Below are positions 37,500-47,775 of a DNA stretch of 59,395 bases, piece by piece (the stretch's first letter is position 1; every line of letters begins with the position of its first letter). The stretch lies in assembly GCA_012840855.1 (NCBI GenBank), contig DUVX01000033.1, positions 1-59,395 on the forward strand, given 5' to 3'. A model generated the notes under the pieces. That model was not told where the DNA came from. It was given only the letters and a program-made list of their open reading frames with translations, and did no database searches. Made by a program: the position numbers and the translations under genes. Source of the stretch: Bacillota bacterium (GTDB lineage: Bacteria; Bacillota; Dethiobacteria; DTU022).

Positions 37500-38458
37500 T
37501 GCCACAGAGTATCTGGATGACGGTATTGTTCGCCTTTATTATCAGCGTGGCCCTAGGCCCCCTTTTTATCGGGCTGCTCCGCCGGCGTCACCTGGGTCAG
37601 CAGATTCGCGACGACGGGCCCGCCCATCACCTGAAAAAAGCGGGTACACCCACGGCGGGAGGGGTTCTGTTTCTGCTTGCCGCCGCTGTTGCCCTGCTGG
37701 TGCGGGGATTTTATACGTCTCTCCTGGGGATGGCGCTCCTGCTGACCCTCGGTAATGCTCTTATCGGCTGGCTCGACGATTACGCCAAAATATCGCGGGG
37801 GCGCTCGCTGGGCCTGAAAGCGCGCAACAAGATCGCCGGGCAGGCTCTCGTTACGGCGATCTTTACCGGGCTGCTCTACTTTTCCGGGCACTATGACCCG
37901 GTGGTGACTGTTCCTTTCAGTGGCTTTGCGATCAATCTGGGCTGGTTTTATCCGGTCTTTATTTTTATAATAATCATGGCGACGACCAACGCTGTGAACC
38001 TGAGCGACGGCATCGACGGCCTGGCCGGGGGGACGGCGATCATTACCTTGCTCGCTTTTCTCTATATTGCTCTGGAAAGCGGCCATGCTGATCTCGCTCT
38101 TTTCTGCGCCGCTCTGGTGGGCGGGGTCTTCGGTTTTTTGATCTACAATCTTCACCCCGCTCGCATCTTTATGGGCGATGTGGGCTCGCTGGGGCTGGGC
38201 GGCGCCCTGGCGGCGGCGGCGATACTGACGAAGGCGGAGCTTTCGCTGGTAATTATCGGGGGGATCTATGTTCTCGAGGCTCTTTCGGTGATCCTGCAGG
38301 TGATCAGTTTTCAGCTCACCGGCCGCCGGCTGCTGCTGATGGCGCCGCTACATCACCATCTCGAGCTGAAGGGATGGAGCGAATGGCAGGTCGTCACCGC
38401 ACTCTGGGGCCTGACTTTTATTTTTGCCCTGGCAGGCTTGCTGGAGTGGCTCCTGTGA
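37499..38458 (+). CDS. mraY: Phospho-MurNAc-pentapeptide transferase
   Basis: KAGTPTAGG, LDD, NAVNLSDGIDGLA, FMGDVGS, APLHHH. Confidence 0.95.
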   Translation: MPQSIWMTVLFAFIISVALGPLFIGLLRRRHLGQQIRDDGPAHHLKKAGTPTAGGVLFLLAAAVALLVRGFYTSLLGMALLLTLGNALIGWLDDYAKISRGRSLGLKARNKIAGQALVTAIFTGLLYFSGHYDPVVTVPFSGFAINLGWFYPVFIFIIIMATTNAVNLSDGIDGLAGGTAIITLLAFLYIALESGHADLALFCAALVGGVFGFLIYNLHPARIFMGDVGSLGLGGALAAAAILTKAELSLVIIGGIYVLEALSVILQVISFQLTGRRLLLMAPLHHHLELKGWSEWQVVTALWGLTFIFALAGLLEWLL

Positions 38459-38485
38459 TGACTGAAGAGGGGAGGTCCGGCTGCT

Positions 38486-39880
38486 GTGATCGATCTGATC
38501 CGCCGTAAAACTGTTATCGTTGCCGGCCTGGCCCGTAGCGGAATGGCAGCTGCGGCGCTACTGGCTGAAAAAGGCGCCCGGAATATTATTGTTACCGATC
38601 TCCGCCCCGCTGCGGGGCTGGAGCAGGAGCTGGCCGTTCTGGGGAAATATGGGCAGATCCGGCCGGTGACGGGCGGAAACCCCCCGGAGCTGGTCACGAG
38701 GGAAGTGGGCCTGGTGATCAAAAGCCCCGGGATTCCGCCCACGCTGGAGATCTTCGAAAGGGCAAAGGCGTTACAAATACCGGTTTTATCGGAGATAGAG
38801 CTGGCATATGCTTTCATGAGGGCTCCCCTGATCGGGATTACCGGGACTAACGGCAAGACCACCACCACGGCGCTGGTGGCGGAGATGCTCGCCGAAGGGC
38901 GCTTTAACGGGGCCCTCGCTGCGGGAAATATAGGGGTGCCGCTCTGCAAGGCGGCAAGTACTGTGGGCTCCTCAGGGGCGGTGGCAGCTGAGCTGAGCAG
39001 CTTTCAGCTTGCCGACATCTTGCATTTTCGCCCATCGGTGGCGCTCTTTTTGAATTTTGCAGAGGATCATCTCGATTATCATGGCAGCCTGGAAGAATAT
39101 TATCGCGCCAAGAAGAGGATCTTTGAAAACCAGTTGCCCGGAGACTTTGCTGTGCTAAACGCCGCTGATCCCGCCGTGGCGCAGCTGGAAAACGAGCTTT
39201 CCGGGACGCTGCTTCGCTTCGCCAGGGGCCCGGTGCCCTGCGGTGCCGGTATCGATCACGGACAGGTGGCCCTGTTTAAAGATGCCGCAGTTATTGCCTA
39301 TCTCTGCCCCGTGGAGGAGGTGGCTCTGCCAGGAGAACACAATCTTGAGAATGCTCTGGCCGCCGCCGCGGCAGCCTGGGCGGCGGGGGTGGCACCGGAG
39401 GCAATCGGAGCGGTACTGCGCCGTTTTCAGCCCATCGCACATCGCCTGGAGCCCGTGGCCGAGATCGGCGGGGTGCTTTTTATCAACGATTCCAAGGGGA
39501 CCAACCCTGAAGCTGCGATCCGGGGGCTGCGCTCCTTTCCTGGCAAAAAAAAGATCCTTATCGCCGGGGGGCGGGATAAAGGGAGCGATTTTAGTGAACT
39601 GGCCGCTGTAATCAAAGAAGAGGTGCGCTACCTTTTTCTCTATGGTGAGGCGAGGGAGAAACTGGCGCGGGCCGCCAGAGAGGCGGGGTTTGGCGCCTAT
39701 GAACTGGTTGCTGGCCTCGAGGAGGCGGTGGCGGGGGCGCGGAGCCGGGCCCGGCCCGGTGAGCTCGTCCTGCTTTCGCCGGCCTGCACCAGCTGGGATA
39801 TGTTTACCGACTATAAGGCCAGGGGCAGCTATTTTAAAGAGCTAGTCCGCAACATTTCCGGAACAGAGGGGGAGCAATGA
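38486..39880 (+). CDS. murD: UDP-MurNAc-L-Ala--D-Glu ligase
   Basis: GLARSG, SPGIP, GTNGKTT, ELSSFQL, NDSKGTN, LSPAC.SWD. Confidence 0.95.
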   Translation: MIDLIRRKTVIVAGLARSGMAAAALLAEKGARNIIVTDLRPAAGLEQELAVLGKYGQIRPVTGGNPPELVTREVGLVIKSPGIPPTLEIFERAKALQIPVLSEIELAYAFMRAPLIGITGTNGKTTTTALVAEMLAEGRFNGALAAGNIGVPLCKAASTVGSSGAVAAELSSFQLADILHFRPSVALFLNFAEDHLDYHGSLEEYYRAKKRIFENQLPGDFAVLNAADPAVAQLENELSGTLLRFARGPVPCGAGIDHGQVALFKDAAVIAYLCPVEEVALPGEHNLENALAAAAAAWAAGVAPEAIGAVLRRFQPIAHRLEPVAEIGGVLFINDSKGTNPEAAIRGLRSFPGKKKILIAGGRDKGSDFSELAAVIKEEVRYLFLYGEAREKLARAAREAGFGAYELVAGLEEAVAGARSRARPGELVLLSPACTSWDMFTDYKARGSYFKELVRNISGTEGEQ

Positions 39881-40983
39881 CGAAGAAGGAGCCGCTTCGG
39901 GAACCCGATTATGCCCTGATCTTAGTAACTTTTTTGTTGCTGGGAATTGGGCTGATCATGATCTTCAGCGCCAGCTATGTCATCGCCGAGGAGGAGCAGG
40001 GAAACCCCTACTATTTTCTGCAGCGCCAGGCGATCTGGATCGCCCTGGGCCTTGTAGGGATGTATCTGCTCTCCCGGGTGAATTATCGGGCGCTACGGCG
40101 GCTATCACTAATCATGGTTTTGCTCAGCTTCATCCTGCTGACCCTTGTTTTTACGGGTCTGGGGACCGATCTGGGGACAGGAGCGAAGCGCTGGCTCAAC
40201 CTCGGGTTTTTTACTTTTCAGCCCGCTGAATTTTGCAAGCTCTCCTTTGTCATCTTCACCGCCGCCTTTATGAGCAGCCGCAGTATCAGGATGGAAAAAT
40301 TCTGGTCCAGCAGTTTTGTGCCTCTTCTGCTGGCGGGGGCGGCCTTTTTGATGATCTTTTTCCAACCCGATCTCGGCAGTGCCCTTGTTCTGCTTGCCGG
40401 AACTGGCGCCATCGTGCTCCTGGCGGGGATGCCTTTTAAGCAGGCGCTTGCTATCGGTCTAGTTTCGCTGCCTGCTCTGGTGGTGCTCACGATCAAGGAG
40501 CCATACCGCGTTAAAAGGCTTTTCTCTTTTGTCGATCCCTGGGCCGATCCGACCAGGGACGGCTACCATATCATTCAATCGCTTTATGCCCTGGGACCGG
40601 GGCATATTTTTGGGGTGGGTTTGGGTAGGAGCCGTCAGAAACTCTACTACCTCCCTTTCCCCCACAACGATTTTATTTTCGCTGTCATCGGCGAGGAGCT
40701 GGGATTTATCGGCACTACGGCGGTGCTGCTGCTCTTCTTTGTGCTCACCTGGCGGGGCCTGAAGATCTCGCTGACGGCGCCCGACACCTTCGGCAGCCTC
40801 CTGGCGGCGGGGATCACGGCCATGCTGGTGATGCAGGTGCTGATCAATATCGGCATGGTCACCGGTTCGCTGCCGGTGACGGGGATCAATCTGCCGCTTA
40901 TCAGCGCCGGGGGCAGCTCGGTTTTTCTGAATCTCATCGGCCTCGGGATATTGCTCAATATATCGCGCCACTGTCGAAAATAG
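39877..40983 (+). CDS. ftsW: SEDS glycosyltransferase FtsW/SpoVE
   Basis: GAKRW, QPAEF.K, QPDLG, NDFIFAVIGEELG, LPLISAGGSS. Confidence 0.93.
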   Translation: MTKKEPLREPDYALILVTFLLLGIGLIMIFSASYVIAEEEQGNPYYFLQRQAIWIALGLVGMYLLSRVNYRALRRLSLIMVLLSFILLTLVFTGLGTDLGTGAKRWLNLGFFTFQPAEFCKLSFVIFTAAFMSSRSIRMEKFWSSSFVPLLLAGAAFLMIFFQPDLGSALVLLAGTGAIVLLAGMPFKQALAIGLVSLPALVVLTIKEPYRVKRLFSFVDPWADPTRDGYHIIQSLYALGPGHIFGVGLGRSRQKLYYLPFPHNDFIFAVIGEELGFIGTTAVLLLFFVLTWRGLKISLTAPDTFGSLLAAGITAMLVMQVLINIGMVTGSLPVTGINLPLISAGGSSVFLNLIGLGILLNISRHCRK

Positions 40984-41007
40984 CAGTGAGAGAAGGGAGG
41001 GGGAGCA

Positions 41008-42114
41008 GTGCGCATAGTTATTAGCGGGGGTGGGACAGGCGGTCATATCTATCCCGCCCTGGCTTTGGCCCGCTATCTGCGCCGCCGGGATCCACAGGCG
41101 GAGCTGCTTTTTGTGGGCAGCGAGGAGGGGCTGGAGCAGAAGATCGTCCCTGCGGCAGGTTTTGCAATGGAGACGGTTCCGGCACGCGGTTTTCAGCGAA
41201 ACCTGCGCGGCCTGCTTCCTTTCAGCCGCGTGCTCTGGCGCGGCCTTTCGCAGGCGCGCAAAATTCTGAACCGCTTTCAACCGGATATTGTTTTCGGCAC
41301 CGGAGGCTATGTCTCGGCCCCAGTAATAATGGCAGCCCTGCTCTCCCGCCTGCCCACAGCTCTGCACGAGCAGAATGCGCTGCCGGGGCTGGCGAACCGG
41401 CTCCTAGCGCCGCTGGTGGAGCGGGTCTGCCTCTCCTTCGAGGAATCACGGGGGGCCTTTCCCCAGCGGAGCAGGGCTGTTTTTACGGGTAATCCCCGCG
41501 CCAGCGAGGTGGCATCGGTGGAGCGCAGGGCGGCACAGGAGCAATTGGGGCTCGACCCTTCCCTGGAAACGATCCTGGTATACGGGGGCAGCCGGGGCGC
41601 TTTGAGGATAAATGAGGTCGTTACAGATTTTCTGGCGGCGGGTTCGCTTCCGCCTTCGACACAGCTCCTCTATGTCACTGGAGAGATCTACTACCGGGAA
41701 GTTAAAGAAAAATTGGGGTTGCTGCCGAAAAGGGTGCGGCTCTATCCCTATCTCGACGAGATGCCGGCGGCCCTCGCCGCTGCCGACCTGGCGGTGACCC
41801 GCGCCGGCGCCACCACTCTTGCTGAACTCACCGCTCTGGGGCTGCCGGCGATCCTTGTTCCCTCGCCCAATGTGGTACATAATCATCAGTATCATAATGC
41901 CCGCCTGCTGGAGAAGGCGGGCGCAGCGCTGCTGATTGAGGAGAAAAATTTCAACCGCTACCGTCTGCAGCGCGAGCTGAAGCGCCTGAGCGGAGCACCG
42001 GACCTGCTCGGCCGGATGGGGCGGGCGGGAAAGAGAATGGGGGTTCCCGATGCCGCGGAGCGCCTTTACCGCTGTCTTTGCGAGATTGCGAAAGGGCCTA
42101 CCGGAGAAAGCTAA
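41008..42114 (+). CDS. murG: Lipid II glycosyltransferase MurG
   Basis: GGGTGGHIYP, GGYVS, HEQN, GGSRGA, RAGATT. Confidence 0.96.
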   Translation: MRIVISGGGTGGHIYPALALARYLRRRDPQAELLFVGSEEGLEQKIVPAAGFAMETVPARGFQRNLRGLLPFSRVLWRGLSQARKILNRFQPDIVFGTGGYVSAPVIMAALLSRLPTALHEQNALPGLANRLLAPLVERVCLSFEESRGAFPQRSRAVFTGNPRASEVASVERRAAQEQLGLDPSLETILVYGGSRGALRINEVVTDFLAAGSLPPSTQLLYVTGEIYYREVKEKLGLLPKRVRLYPYLDEMPAALAAADLAVTRAGATTLAELTALGLPAILVPSPNVVHNHQYHNARLLEKAGAALLIEEKNFNRYRLQRELKRLSGAPDLLGRMGRAGKRMGVPDAAERLYRCLCEIAKGPTGES

Positions 42115-42168
42115 CATAAGCGTTGGCGGGGGCATAGAATAAATTATCCTGTTGGAGGGCTTAAACAG

Positions 42169-43068
42169 TTGAATCCAAAAGAAGAGCTGGGCCGGCTCCT
42201 GCAAGCCGGCGTCAGGGAGAATGAACCGATGGCATTACATACCTCCTGGCAGGTGGGGGGGGCGGCCGATTATTACCTTTTACCTGCCGACGAGACTGAG
42301 CTGCAGGAGATCGTCCGCTACTGCAAGAGGGAAGGCCTGCCGCTTTTTGTTTTCGGTAACGGAACCAATCTTCTCGTCCGGGACGGCGGCATCAGGGGGC
42401 TGGTGGCCCAGATCGGCGCCCCCTTCAATTATATCTATCGCGAAGGTGAGTTGCTGCGCGCCGGAGCGGGCGTGTCGCTCACCTCCCTGGCGCGAAGGGC
42501 GGCGAAGGAGGGGCTGCAGGGCTGCGGTTTCGGCGCCGGCATCCCTGGCTCCCTGGGGGGCGCCCTGGTGATGAACGCCGGGGCTTTTGGCAGCTACATC
42601 GGCAGCCTGGTGGAGGAAGTACGGCTGGTCTGCCCTGACGGGGGAGCGATCTCACTGGGATCTGAAGAGCTAGTTTTCGGTTATCGCCGGAGCAACCTCG
42701 CCGGAAAAGGGATTATTGTGGAGGCCCTGCTGAGGTTGAAACAGGGGGAGCCCGCCGCATTGGCGGAAGAGGTGGAGAGCTATCTGGCCGAGAGGCGCCG
42801 GCGCCATCCTTCACAGCCCAGTGCCGGCAGCGTTTTCCGCAACCCTCCGGGGCGGCCGGCGGGGGGACTCATCGAGGAGGCCGGCGGCAAAGGGCTCTCT
42901 GTCGGCCCGGCGCAGGTTTCGGAAAAACACGCCAATTTTATCGTCAACAGCGGCGGGGCGACGGCCGCGGATATAGAAGAGCTGATCGGGGTGGTCCGGC
43001 GGCGGGTCAAAGATAGATTTGCCGTGGAGCTGCAGACGGAGGTTCGGATTATCGGCGAAAAGAGATAA
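42169..43068 (+). CDS. murB: UDP-N-acetylenolpyruvoylglucosamine reductase
   Basis: GNGTNLL, IPGSLGGA..MNAGA, SAGSVFRNP, HANFIVN. Confidence 0.95.
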   Translation: MNPKEELGRLLQAGVRENEPMALHTSWQVGGAADYYLLPADETELQEIVRYCKREGLPLFVFGNGTNLLVRDGGIRGLVAQIGAPFNYIYREGELLRAGAGVSLTSLARRAAKEGLQGCGFGAGIPGSLGGALVMNAGAFGSYIGSLVEEVRLVCPDGGAISLGSEELVFGYRRSNLAGKGIIVEALLRLKQGEPAALAEEVESYLAERRRRHPSQPSAGSVFRNPPGRPAGGLIEEAGGKGLSVGPAQVSEKHANFIVNSGGATAADIEELIGVVRRRVKDRFAVELQTEVRIIGEKR

Positions 43069-43088
43069 ATTTATGGGAGTGGAGCAGT

Positions 43089-44372
43089 GTGGCGAAATAT
43101 CTGGTTCAGGGGGGCCTCCCTCTTGCTGGAACAACAGGAGTGCACGGCGCCAAAAATTCAATCTTACCCGTTCTGGCCGGCTCCCTGCTCAATCAGAGCA
43201 CAGAGGAGATCCGCCTAAAGAGGGTGCCGATGCTCGGCGACGTCCGGGCGATGGTCTCTATCCTCACCCGTCTGGGGGCGCGGGTCGGCTATGACGGTTC
43301 AGATCTGCTGATCAATACCGCCGATCTGAACTGCTATCATGTTCCCGATATACTGATGCGGGAGATGCGCTCCAGTATATTCTTGATGGGGCCGCTGCTG
43401 GGCCGGCTGGGCCGGGTGCAGATCTGTTACCCCGGCGGCTGCGCCATCGGGGATCGCCCCATCAACCTGCATCTGGAAGGGCTGGGGAAGCTGGGGGCAA
43501 CCGTTAAGGAGAAAGACGGCTACATCGAAGCGCGGGGACGGCTCCGCGGCGGGGAGGTGGGCCTGACCTATCCCAGCGTGGGGGCCACGGAGAACCTGAT
43601 GCTTGCAGCGGTGAGCGCCCGCGGCGATACGGTGATCTACAATGCCGCTTGCGAACCGGAGATCGTCGATCTGCAGAATTTTTTGAATACCATTGGGGCC
43701 AACATCAGCGGTGCCGGTACCCCGAGGATCAGGATCAGGGGGGGCTGCGATCTGCACGGCGGCACCTACCGCGTTTTTCCCGATCGCATCGTCACCGGCA
43801 CCCTTCTTCTCGCCGGGGTGATTACCCGGGGCTCCATCACCGTGACAGGGGTTATCCCGGAGCACCTTACCGCCCTGCTCGAGCTGCTCAGGGAGGCCGG
43901 TGTAACAGTAGAAGTGAACGGAAACGCCATTACAGTGGAGGCGGCGGGCCCTTTGAAGGCCATCCCCCGGGTCGTGACCGGCCCGTACCCGGGCTTTCCC
44001 ACCGATCTGCAGCCCCAGTTTCTGGCTTGCCTGGCCCTGGCGCAGGGAGAGAGCAACGTTGTAGAGCGTGTATTCGAGAGCCGTTTTCATCATATTCCCG
44101 AGCTGTGCAAGATGGGGGCGCAAATCGAGCTTTCCGGACCGCAGGCCCGGCTGCGGGGAGTCGATCGTTTCAAGGGCGCCGTGGTCAGGGCTACCGATCT
44201 GAGGGCCGGCGCCGCTTTAGTTATGGCCGCCTTAGCTGCTGCCGGAAACAGCGAGATCCTGGAAGTAAAGCATATCGAACGCGGTTACGATCAGCTGCCG
44301 GAGACATTTGCGGCGTTGGGGGCGCGGATAACCAGGGAAGAGGGTGCGCGCCGGGAGCTTTCGCTCCGATGA
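43089..44372 (+). CDS. murA: UDP-GlcNAc 1-carboxyvinyltransferase
   Basis: GAKNS, PGGCAIG.RP, SVGATEN, PGFPTD, DLRAGAA. Confidence 0.95.
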   Translation: MAKYLVQGGLPLAGTTGVHGAKNSILPVLAGSLLNQSTEEIRLKRVPMLGDVRAMVSILTRLGARVGYDGSDLLINTADLNCYHVPDILMREMRSSIFLMGPLLGRLGRVQICYPGGCAIGDRPINLHLEGLGKLGATVKEKDGYIEARGRLRGGEVGLTYPSVGATENLMLAAVSARGDTVIYNAACEPEIVDLQNFLNTIGANISGAGTPRIRIRGGCDLHGGTYRVFPDRIVTGTLLLAGVITRGSITVTGVIPEHLTALLELLREAGVTVEVNGNAITVEAAGPLKAIPRVVTGPYPGFPTDLQPQFLACLALAQGESNVVERVFESRFHHIPELCKMGAQIELSGPQARLRGVDRFKGAVVRATDLRAGAALVMAALAAAGNSEILEVKHIERGYDQLPETFAALGARITREEGARRELSLR

Positions 44373-45160
44373 GGGGCCGGCGAAAGCAAGACGGGCCGCT
44401 CAGGCTGGTGCGTTCACCCGCGCCAAAAAAGCGTCGCCGGCTGAAGGGGAGGCCCCTGCTTTTTTTGCTGTTTCTGTTGCTGCTTTTGGGTACGGGCCTG
44501 CTCCTTTCCCGGGGGTTTGATCTTCTTTGCCGGGTGGAGCAGATCAGAGTTACCGGTGTGGCCCGGCTCGATGAAGCGGCGATCGTCAACCGCTGCGGGG
44601 TCAAAAAAGGGACAAGCCTGCTCCTGCTCAGCACCCGCAAAGTTGAACAGAGAGTCGCCGGGTTGCTGGAGATCTGCTCCGTGGCGGTAAGCAGAGAATT
44701 TCCGAATACCCTGGCGATCGCGGTGCAGGAGCGGGTGGCGGTGGCCACGTTGCTGGCCGGAAACTGTTTCTGGTTGCTTGATGGAGAGGGCGTCGTCTTT
44801 GCCGAGCAGGTCTACCCCGCCGGGGGCCTGCCGGTGATCACCGGTGTGGCGGCGGATGAGATTATACTTGGGGAGCCCCTGGCGAGCGAGCTGAAGCACG
44901 AAGCCCTGCTTCCTTTTTTGGAATCGCTTTCCGGGACCCTGGCGATCGAGGTGGCGGAATTGAACCTTGCGGATCCGGGGGATCTGATCCTTTATACCGT
45001 GGACAGGCGCAAAGTCCTACTGGGGGGCAGGGAAAAGATGGCGCAAAAACTAGATCTTCTTCAGGAGGCGCTCGCCCGCCTGCCGGGCAATGGCACGGGG
45101 CGGTGCCTCGATCTGCGGGCCGGGGATCGCCTGGTGATGGTAATCGAAAAAGAGAGATAA
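44369..45160 (+). CDS. ftsQ: Cell division protein FtsQ/DivIB
   Basis: Basic N-terminus, TM, POTRA (VSREFPNTL.I.V.ER), LDLR; ATGA overlap with murA stop. Confidence 0.85.
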   Translation: MRGRRKQDGPLRLVRSPAPKKRRRLKGRPLLFLLFLLLLLGTGLLLSRGFDLLCRVEQIRVTGVARLDEAAIVNRCGVKKGTSLLLLSTRKVEQRVAGLLEICSVAVSREFPNTLAIAVQERVAVATLLAGNCFWLLDGEGVVFAEQVYPAGGLPVITGVAADEIILGEPLASELKHEALLPFLESLSGTLAIEVAELNLADPGDLILYTVDRRKVLLGGREKMAQKLDLLQEALARLPGNGTGRCLDLRAGDRLVMVIEKER

Positions 45161-45176
45161 ATTTGCCTGGAATTGT

Positions 45177-45204
45177 GAAGGGGAATATTTAGGTAATGTT
45201 GAAT
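45177..45204 (+). promoter_or_regulatory. Putative sigmaH promoter of ftsAZ
   Basis: GAAGGGGAA-N12-GTTGAAT. Confidence 0.45.
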
Positions 45205-45233
45205 TGATCTGGGAAGGGTAAAGGGGTGTAGAT

Positions 45234-46466
45234 ATGGCTCGTAAAAATAATCTTGTTGGCATCGATGTGGGAACGACTCAGGTAAGGGTTATTGTAGGAG
45301 AACCCCGCCCGGACGGCACTATCAGTATCATCGGTCTCGGGCTAAGTCCTACCGAAGGGATGCGAAAAGGGGCAATCATCGATCTGGAACTTACGGTGGA
45401 GGCGATCGCCGCGGCTGCTGCAGAAGCAGAAAGGATGTGCGGTTTCAAGATCGACTCCGCTTACGTGGGGTTGCAGGGGCTGAACACGGAGCTGGTCAAC
45501 AACCGCAGCGTTGTTGCAGTCCAATCCGATGATCGCGAGATCGGGGCTGAAGATCTGGAGAGGGTGATCCAGGCGGCCCGGGTTATCGCTTTGCCCCTCG
45601 ATCGAGAGATCGTCAAGGTTATCCCCCGGGAATTTATCGTGGACGGCTACGACGGAATCCGCGATCCCGTGGGTATGCTCGGGGTGCGCCTGGAGATCGA
45701 CGCCCTCATCGTCACTAGCCCGATCACCTCTTTGCGCAACCTGATGCGCTGTGTCAACCGCGCCGGGATCAATGTGGAAGGGATGGTTCTCCTCTCCCTG
45801 GCTGGCTCCGAGGTGGCCCTCTCGAGCGATGAAAAGGAGCTCGGTGTCTTTTTTGTCGATATCGGCGGGGGTACCACAGAGCTGGCTTTCTTTCAACAGG
45901 GGAAACTGAACCGTCTGTCTGCCGTCCCCATCGGGGGCGCGCATATCACCAATGATCTGGCTCTCGGGTTGAGGACAAGCTTTACCGCAGCCGAGAATAT
46001 TAAGATAGAGTACGGCAGCGCCTTTGCCACGCTGGCCTCCGATGAAACCGACATCGGGATCAGCAGCGTGGGTAGCCGGGAGCAGCGGCAGGTTTCGGCT
46101 AAGGAGGTCAGCCGCTATATGGAGCCGCGGGTGCGAGAGCTGCTGCAGATCATCCGCGAAGAGATGAACAGGATGGGCTGGCCTGAGCTGCCCCCGGCCG
46201 GCGTGGTCTTCAGCGGCGGTGTTTCTCAGATGAAGGGGCTGCTTGAACTGGCTTCGCTGGTCTATGAGAGCGACCGGGTGCGCTGCGCCGAGCACGATTT
46301 TGTCGGTATCCAGAACCCCATCTATACGAATGCGGCAGGGCTGCTTTACTATGTTAACCGGCAGCAGCTTCTTTTTTATCGCCAGGAACGAAGCGAGGGC
46401 ACATTCCGAAAAAAAACGGGCCTGTGGCAGCGTATAAAAGATTGGTTTTTTGAAATTGTGGAGTAG
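45234..46466 (+). CDS. ftsA: Cell division protein FtsA
   Basis: GIDVGT, DIGGGTT, GGAHITND, C-terminal amphipathic helix LWQRIKDWF. Confidence 0.96.
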   Translation: MARKNNLVGIDVGTTQVRVIVGEPRPDGTISIIGLGLSPTEGMRKGAIIDLELTVEAIAAAAAEAERMCGFKIDSAYVGLQGLNTELVNNRSVVAVQSDDREIGAEDLERVIQAARVIALPLDREIVKVIPREFIVDGYDGIRDPVGMLGVRLEIDALIVTSPITSLRNLMRCVNRAGINVEGMVLLSLAGSEVALSSDEKELGVFFVDIGGGTTELAFFQQGKLNRLSAVPIGGAHITNDLALGLRTSFTAAENIKIEYGSAFATLASDETDIGISSVGSREQRQVSAKEVSRYMEPRVRELLQIIREEMNRMGWPELPPAGVVFSGGVSQMKGLLELASLVYESDRVRCAEHDFVGIQNPIYTNAAGLLYYVNRQQLLFYRQERSEGTFRKKTGLWQRIKDWFFEIVE

Positions 46467-46493
46467 GATCTTCTTAAGGGGGTGTTCGAGAAA

Positions 46494-47585
46494 ATGATCG
46501 AATTTGAAAATGAAAGGCCCCAGTTTACTTCGATCAAGGTCGTTGGTATCGGCGGCGGTGGAAACAACGCCGTCAACCGGATGATCAGCGCCGGTTTAAA
46601 GGGCGTCGATTTTATCACTGTCAACACTGATGCTCAGGCGCTACATCTGGTGCAGTCGCCGGTGAAGTTGCAGATCGGGGAGAAACTGACAAAGGGGCTG
46701 GGTGCGGGAGCCAACCCGGAGATCGGCCGCCAAGCCGCCGAGGAAAGCCGGGAGCTAATCGAGGAAAATCTGCGCGGGTCGGATATGATCTTTCTGACCG
46801 CCGGGATGGGCGGCGGTACCGGTACCGGGGCCACCCCGGTGCTCGCCGAAGTGGCCCGGGAGCTGGATGCTTCGCCGCTGAAGCGGCCCCTCATCGTGGG
46901 CGTGGTGACGAAACCGTTTAGCTTCGAGGGGCGGAAGCGGCAGCAGCAGGCCGAGGAGGGGATCGCCCGCCTGAAGGAGAAGGTCGATACGCTTATCACC
47001 ATCCCAAATGATCGCCTTTTTCAGGTTATCGACAAGAAAACCCCGATCCTGGAAGCCTTCCGGGTGGCCGACGATGTGCTGCGGCAGGCGGTTCAGAGCA
47101 TCTCCGATCTCATCGCCGTTCCCGGCCTGATCAACCTTGACTTTGCCGATATCCGCACGGTTATGTCCGAGACGGGCCCGGCGTTGATGGGTGTGGGCGA
47201 GGGCAGCGGTGACGACCGCACCGCCAAGGCGGCCCGGGCGGCTACGAGCAGCCCTTTGCTGGAAACATCCATTGACGGCGCCACCGGTTTGCTGATCAAT
47301 GTCACCGGAGGGACCGATCTGGGCCTCTTTGAAGTCCAGGAAGCGGCCGATATCGCCGGTGAGGCCATCGATCCCGATGCCGTCGTTATTTTCGGGGCCA
47401 CCATCGATCAGAAGCTGCAAGATAGGGTGCGGGTGACGGTGATCGCCACCGGCTTCAAGGGCAAACAGCGCTCCCAGCAGCAGAGGCTGCCGGAGATAAA
47501 TTACAGCGACTACGCTCACAGCGAAGAGATTGACCGCCCGGCCTGGTCGCGGTTTCAAGAGAGGGAGAAGATCGCGGAAAGCTAG
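46494..47585 (+). CDS. ftsZ: Cell division protein FtsZ
   Basis: [24 protein letters not shown]. Confidence 0.98.
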   Translation: MIEFENERPQFTSIKVVGIGGGGNNAVNRMISAGLKGVDFITVNTDAQALHLVQSPVKLQIGEKLTKGLGAGANPEIGRQAAEESRELIEENLRGSDMIFLTAGMGGGTGTGATPVLAEVARELDASPLKRPLIVGVVTKPFSFEGRKRQQQAEEGIARLKEKVDTLITIPNDRLFQVIDKKTPILEAFRVADDVLRQAVQSISDLIAVPGLINLDFADIRTVMSETGPALMGVGEGSGDDRTAKAARAATSSPLLETSIDGATGLLINVTGGTDLGLFEVQEAADIAGEAIDPDAVVIFGATIDQKLQDRVRVTVIATGFKGKQRSQQQRLPEINYSDYAHSEEIDRPAWSRFQEREKIAES

Positions 47586-47613
47586 GGATTTCTTTAAAAT
47601 CCGGACTGCGCAT

Positions 47614-47643
47614 GATTCCCCGCCTGAGGCGGGGAATTTTTTT
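47614..47643 (+). terminator. Rho-independent terminator after ftsZ
   Basis: ATTCCCCGC-CTGAG-GCGGGGAAT followed by T-run. Confidence 0.85.
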
Positions 47644-47775
47644 GTCACTATTTCCTCGCAGCGCGGCGCCAAAGTGTGACAGACTTTTGCAGCGCCGGGG
47701 ATCTACAATAGGGCATATCCATAATCGCGGGCTCATATATATTTACAGAACAAGCCCCCGCGGGCGGGGTGAAAA

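Noticed and set aside
43649-44368. Apparent 240-aa N-terminal extension of FtsQ overlapping murA
   Set aside because: Alternative frame of murA; the real start is the ATG at 44369 coupled to the murA stop
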